From the NCBI GenBank assembly GCA_963749655.1, contig CAVVOB010000030.1, forward strand, positions 32,001 to 96,000: a stretch of 64,000 nt of DNA. Reading direction: 5' to 3'. This document shows positions 60,609-64,000 of this stretch, in pieces. The first letter of the stretch is position 1. Each line of letters starts with the position of its first letter. Source of the stretch: Nitrospirota bacterium. GTDB taxonomy: Bacteria > Nitrospirota > UBA9217. Made by a program: the position numbers and the translations under genes. The notes under the pieces are model-generated. The model saw only the letters and a program-made list of their open reading frames with translations, was not told the DNA's origin and made no database searches.

Positions 60609-62720
60609 ATGATGAGTCTCGTGCGGAGAGTTTCTATCTGCCGGGCACACCCCTTGAGCGACATGCCCCAACAATCATCTGAAAAAACTCTTATCGAAAA
60701 GCTGAAGAACGGCGCGGCCCTCTTCTGCAGCCTGTCCCTGGCGCTGCTCGTCTCCGGCGCCGCACTGCGCGTCCTGGAGCTCCTGTATTTCTTCGGGACC
60801 CACCGGATACCTGCCGATGTCCTGGCCGTTGTTTTCCAGGCGCTCCTTTTCGACGCCCTGTCGTTCGCGGAACTGCTTCCCCTTCTGTTCGTTCCGTTCT
60901 TCCTGGTCTACCTCGGGTCAAGGAACGCTGCCTGCCGATACCGCGTCTACGACGCTCTGGGCACGATCGTCCTGGTCCTCTCCGCCCTGCTGGTCAAGTA
61001 TTTCAATACAACGCTCGTTCCCCTGGGGTCCGACCTTTTCGGCTATACGCCGAAGGAAATAGCGGAAACCGCGGGGGGCGGCGCCACGATCGACGTGATG
61101 ACAATTCTCCTTTTGATCGTGCCTCCGGTACTGTTCTGGAGGACGCTCACGTTCGTGGCGAGACGGAGGCCGCTCCCGCACGCCGCCTCTCTGGCCGTTC
61201 TCGGGGCAGGCGTCATCCTGCTTGCTTCGGTGTCCGTGCTGCCTGCCAGGTCCGTCTTTACCTCGCAACTGTCCTACGATCTGGCGTTGAACAAGCCGGC
61301 CTATTTCATAAAGGACTCTGTTTCCTATCTTTCAAGATCCCTGAAGGACAATTCTTCCTCCGATTCCCCCTCCGTCTTCCGCAGCACGACAAAGCAGCAG
61401 GCGATCAGGCCGACGAACAACCAGCAAAAAACTACGGGCTTCACCTATGTCGATCCCGAGTATCCCTTCCTCCGGAAAGATGAGACTCCCGATGTCCTGG
61501 GGAAATTTTTTACGATCAATTCCAAGAGGCCGCCGAATATCGTCTTCGTGCTCGTGGAGGGGCTGGGCGCGGCCTTCAGCGGCCCCCGGGCATACCTCGG
61601 CAGCTTTACGCCGTTCCTCGACGAACTGGCGAAAAAGAGCCTCTTCTGGGAGAATTTTCTGGCGACCCAGGGCCGCACCTTTGCCGCGCTCCCGTCGATT
61701 CTGGCCTCCCTGCCCTATGCAAGCCAGGGGTTCAGCGATCTGAAGCAAAAAATGCCGAGGCATCTGTCGCTCATGAGCATCCTGAAGCACAACGGGTACC
61801 GTCTGAGGTTCTCTATCGGCAGCGACCCCGATTTTGACGACGAGCGGCTGTTTCTGCAGAAGCAGGGAGTGGACGTCATCGTCGGCAAAGACGACTACGA
61901 CGGCACCTATGTTGTCGCGCCGGGCACAAGCTGGGGATATCCCGACCGGGAGGTCATGCGGAAGGCCCTGGAAGGGGAGCGCCGGGACTCGCGTCAGCCC
62001 TATGTCTCGTTCGTCCAGACGATGAGCATGCATACTTCCTATTCCATCCCCGATCAGGACCTCTACCGCAGACGTTTCGAGGAGCGGATGACGGCGCTCG
62101 GTTTTGACGAGGCAAAAAAGGAGCGGCACCGCGAGTACCGGGACATTTACGCGACCATCCTGTATGCAGATGATGCCCTGCGCTTTTTCTTCGAGGGCTA
62201 CAAAAAGCTTTCCGCCTACGAGAACACGATCTTCATCGTTACGGGAGACCACCGCCTGCCGGAGATCGAGATGTCCACCAAGATAGACCGCTTCCATGTG
62301 CCGCTGATCATCTTTTCACCCCTGCTCAAGCGCCCGCTGCAGATCGAATCGATCTCCTCGCAGCTTGATATTACGCCGTCCCTGCTGGCATTTCTCCGCA
62401 AGAACTATGGGCTCGACACTCCGTCCCTGGTCACCTGGGTAGGTGCGGGTCTGGACACGGACCCGTCCTTCAGAAACCTTCATTCCTATCCGCTCAAGCA
62501 TACGAAGACCAACTTGATAGATTACATTTCGGGGATGTATTTTTTGGACCAGGACGTCCTGTTCTCGATCGGCAAGGACATGGACCTGGAGCCTGTTGCG
62601 GACGAGAAGAAAAAGAAGGAGCTGATCGCGGAATTCGACCGATACAAATCCATGAACGACAGGTTCATCCGGGAATTAAAACTGATGCCGGACAGCCTGT
62701 ATGAACGCTATCATCCCTGA
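60609..62720 (+). CDS. LTA-synthase-family membrane sulfatase/phosphotransferase
   Basis: TM N-terminus; PNIVFVLVEG, TPFLDEL, QTMSMH, YADDAL, TIFIVTGDH, HVPLII, SQLDITPS. Confidence 0.88.
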   Translation: MMSLVRRVSICRAHPLSDMPQQSSEKTLIEKLKNGAALFCSLSLALLVSGAALRVLELLYFFGTHRIPADVLAVVFQALLFDALSFAELLPLLFVPFFLVYLGSRNAACRYRVYDALGTIVLVLSALLVKYFNTTLVPLGSDLFGYTPKEIAETAGGGATIDVMTILLLIVPPVLFWRTLTFVARRRPLPHAASLAVLGAGVILLASVSVLPARSVFTSQLSYDLALNKPAYFIKDSVSYLSRSLKDNSSSDSPSVFRSTTKQQAIRPTNNQQKTTGFTYVDPEYPFLRKDETPDVLGKFFTINSKRPPNIVFVLVEGLGAAFSGPRAYLGSFTPFLDELAKKSLFWENFLATQGRTFAALPSILASLPYASQGFSDLKQKMPRHLSLMSILKHNGYRLRFSIGSDPDFDDERLFLQKQGVDVIVGKDDYDGTYVVAPGTSWGYPDREVMRKALEGERRDSRQPYVSFVQTMSMHTSYSIPDQDLYRRRFEERMTALGFDEAKKERHREYRDIYATILYADDALRFFFEGYKKLSAYENTIFIVTGDHRLPEIEMSTKIDRFHVPLIIFSPLLKRPLQIESISSQLDITPSLLAFLRKNYGLDTPSLVTWVGAGLDTDPSFRNLHSYPLKHTKTNLIDYISGMYFLDQDVLFSIGKDMDLEPVADEKKKKELIAEFDRYKSMNDRFIRELKLMPDSLYERYHP

Positions 62721-62752
62721 CATGACCGTATGATAAGCGAAGGAGCACACCT

Positions 62753-63604
62753 GTGACCGCGGCGAGGAACGACCAAACGGGTACCGGTCAGGAACCCCGA
62801 TTCGTTGACGCTCATGTGCACATCAGGGCTGTCCGGGGTCTGGCAGACCTCAGGAGCGCCCGTGTCGCGGCCGCGCGGGATGCAGGCACGCGGGCAGGAA
62901 CGGGCCTGGCTGTCGCCGCATCATCTCGGGGTCAGGGAACACCGCTTATTAGTTCAGCAGGAAAGGCGCTTTATAAAAAAGGGGGATACGGCTCGGCCTT
63001 CGGCATTCCCGTGGAGAGCATCGAAGACATCCGGCGCGAAATAGTCGTGCTCAAATTGGCGGGAGCTGGTATAATCAAGGCCATGGCATCAGGGCTGGTC
63101 AGCCTCGTTGCGAGGGACACCGTCACGCCGGGCGGATTCACGCATCAGGAACTTGCCGCGCTGGTGCAGGAAGCGAACGCGCTGGGCCTTCCGGTCATGG
63201 CGCATGCCAACGGAGAGGACGCCATTATTGCCGCTGCAGAGACCGGCGTGCGGTCCATCGAGCACGGTTTTTTCATGTCGCCGCGGGCGCTCGACGCCAT
63301 GGCGAAACGGGGCGTCTTCTGGGTGCCCACGGTCGGAGCGCTGGTGCGGGCCCTGGAGTCCGGGAACGTCTCACCGGACATGAAAGTCCATATCCGGGAG
63401 CTGATCCGCAGCCACCTCGCGATGATCGCACAGGCTCACGCGAGGGGCGTCTCGATGGCCATCGGCACTGATTGTGTCCTGCCGGATCCGGGCTACGGGA
63501 AGGCTTATCAAGAAGAGCTTGCGTACTTCGAAGAGGCCGGTCTTTCCTCCTCTGCGGTCCTGGAGATCGCCTGCAGCAGCGGTGCGAAGCTGTTGGGAGT
63601 ATAA
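62753..63604 (+). CDS. Amidohydrolase family protein
   Basis: VDAHVH, IKAMASG, MAHANG, SIEHG, VPT, IGTD. Confidence 0.85.
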   Translation: MTAARNDQTGTGQEPRFVDAHVHIRAVRGLADLRSARVAAARDAGTRAGTGLAVAASSRGQGTPLISSAGKALYKKGGYGSAFGIPVESIEDIRREIVVLKLAGAGIIKAMASGLVSLVARDTVTPGGFTHQELAALVQEANALGLPVMAHANGEDAIIAAAETGVRSIEHGFFMSPRALDAMAKRGVFWVPTVGALVRALESGNVSPDMKVHIRELIRSHLAMIAQAHARGVSMAIGTDCVLPDPGYGKAYQEELAYFEEAGLSSSAVLEIACSSGAKLLGV

Positions 63605-63708
63605 ACAAGGGGCCGGGTCCAAGGGCCGAGTCCACAGTCGTACGCCTCGGACCGGACCCCGCGTCTCAGGCTCCTCCATCTCTGTCGCTTTCGAAAAAAT
63701 CAAATTTT

Positions 63709-63788
63709 ACCGCAGAGCCAGCAGAGAACGCAGAGTATATTTTATAAATAATAACGAATTTCTCTGCGACCTCGGCGTTCTCCGCGGT
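63709..63788. repeat. 9-mer array (NNCGCAGAG) with inverted arm around an AT-rich spacer
   Basis: accgcagag ccagcagag aacgcagag ... ctctgcgac ctcggcgtt ctccgcggt. Confidence 0.85.
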
Positions 63789-63834
63789 TGAAAAGCTTTT
63801 TACGAATTTGTCAATCTTGTCTTCGGAGGTTCTC

Positions 63835-64000
63835 ATGCGAATCGGAGTTCTGTCAGGCGGAGGCGATGCCCCCGGACTCAATGCGGTCATCAGGGCCGTC
63901 ACCAAGACCGCGATCTTCAAGTACGGGTGGGAAGTGATCGGCATCATTGACGGGTTCGAGGGACTGCTCACTCCGACGAAGTCGCGTCAGCTCACGTCGT
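63835..64000 (+). CDS. pfkA: 6-phosphofructokinase (5' part, runs off the window)
   Basis: [22 protein letters not shown]...GFEGL; GGAGG RBS. Confidence 0.9.
   Translation, partial: MRIGVLSGGGDAPGLNAVIRAVTKTAIFKYGWEVIGIIDGFEGLLTPTKSRQLTS

Overview
GC-rich chromosomal window from an anaerobic bacterium; gene content and order suggest Nitrospirota or Desulfobacterota (inference). Bases 5.7-29.4 kb are one co-oriented C1/Wood-Ljungdahl supercluster: cooC, 5-formyl-THF cyclo-ligase, folE, a GltD/NfnB-ferredoxin-MvhD fusion, metVF, panB, thyX, acsF, a PanG-like gene, acsEDCB, NuoE/NuoF-like genes plus a selenocysteine formate dehydrogenase (UGA + SECIS), a cNMP-binding protein and fhs. No acsA/cooS or folD is in the window. 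Downstream are an AioX-like binding protein with a kinase-less sensor, nadB, uvrA, atpF'FHAGDC and perR-fprA-rubredoxin. An AT-rich island follows (attC-like site, truncated nuclease-STAND gene, RAYT with inverted ends, ankyrin gene split by IS30), then radC, a HEAT-GT2-YaiO-LTA-synthase surface-polysaccharide cluster and partial pfkA. The most striking unexplained structure is about 20 intergenic arrays of degenerate 7-mer (some 8/9-mer) tandem units, mostly as two inverted arms, at many operon-internal gene junctions. One pair brackets an AT-rich four-helix-bundle (IVS/Avd-like) gene, which suggests filled and empty forms of one element family. Many single-base frameshifts in essential genes point to long-read sequencing errors.
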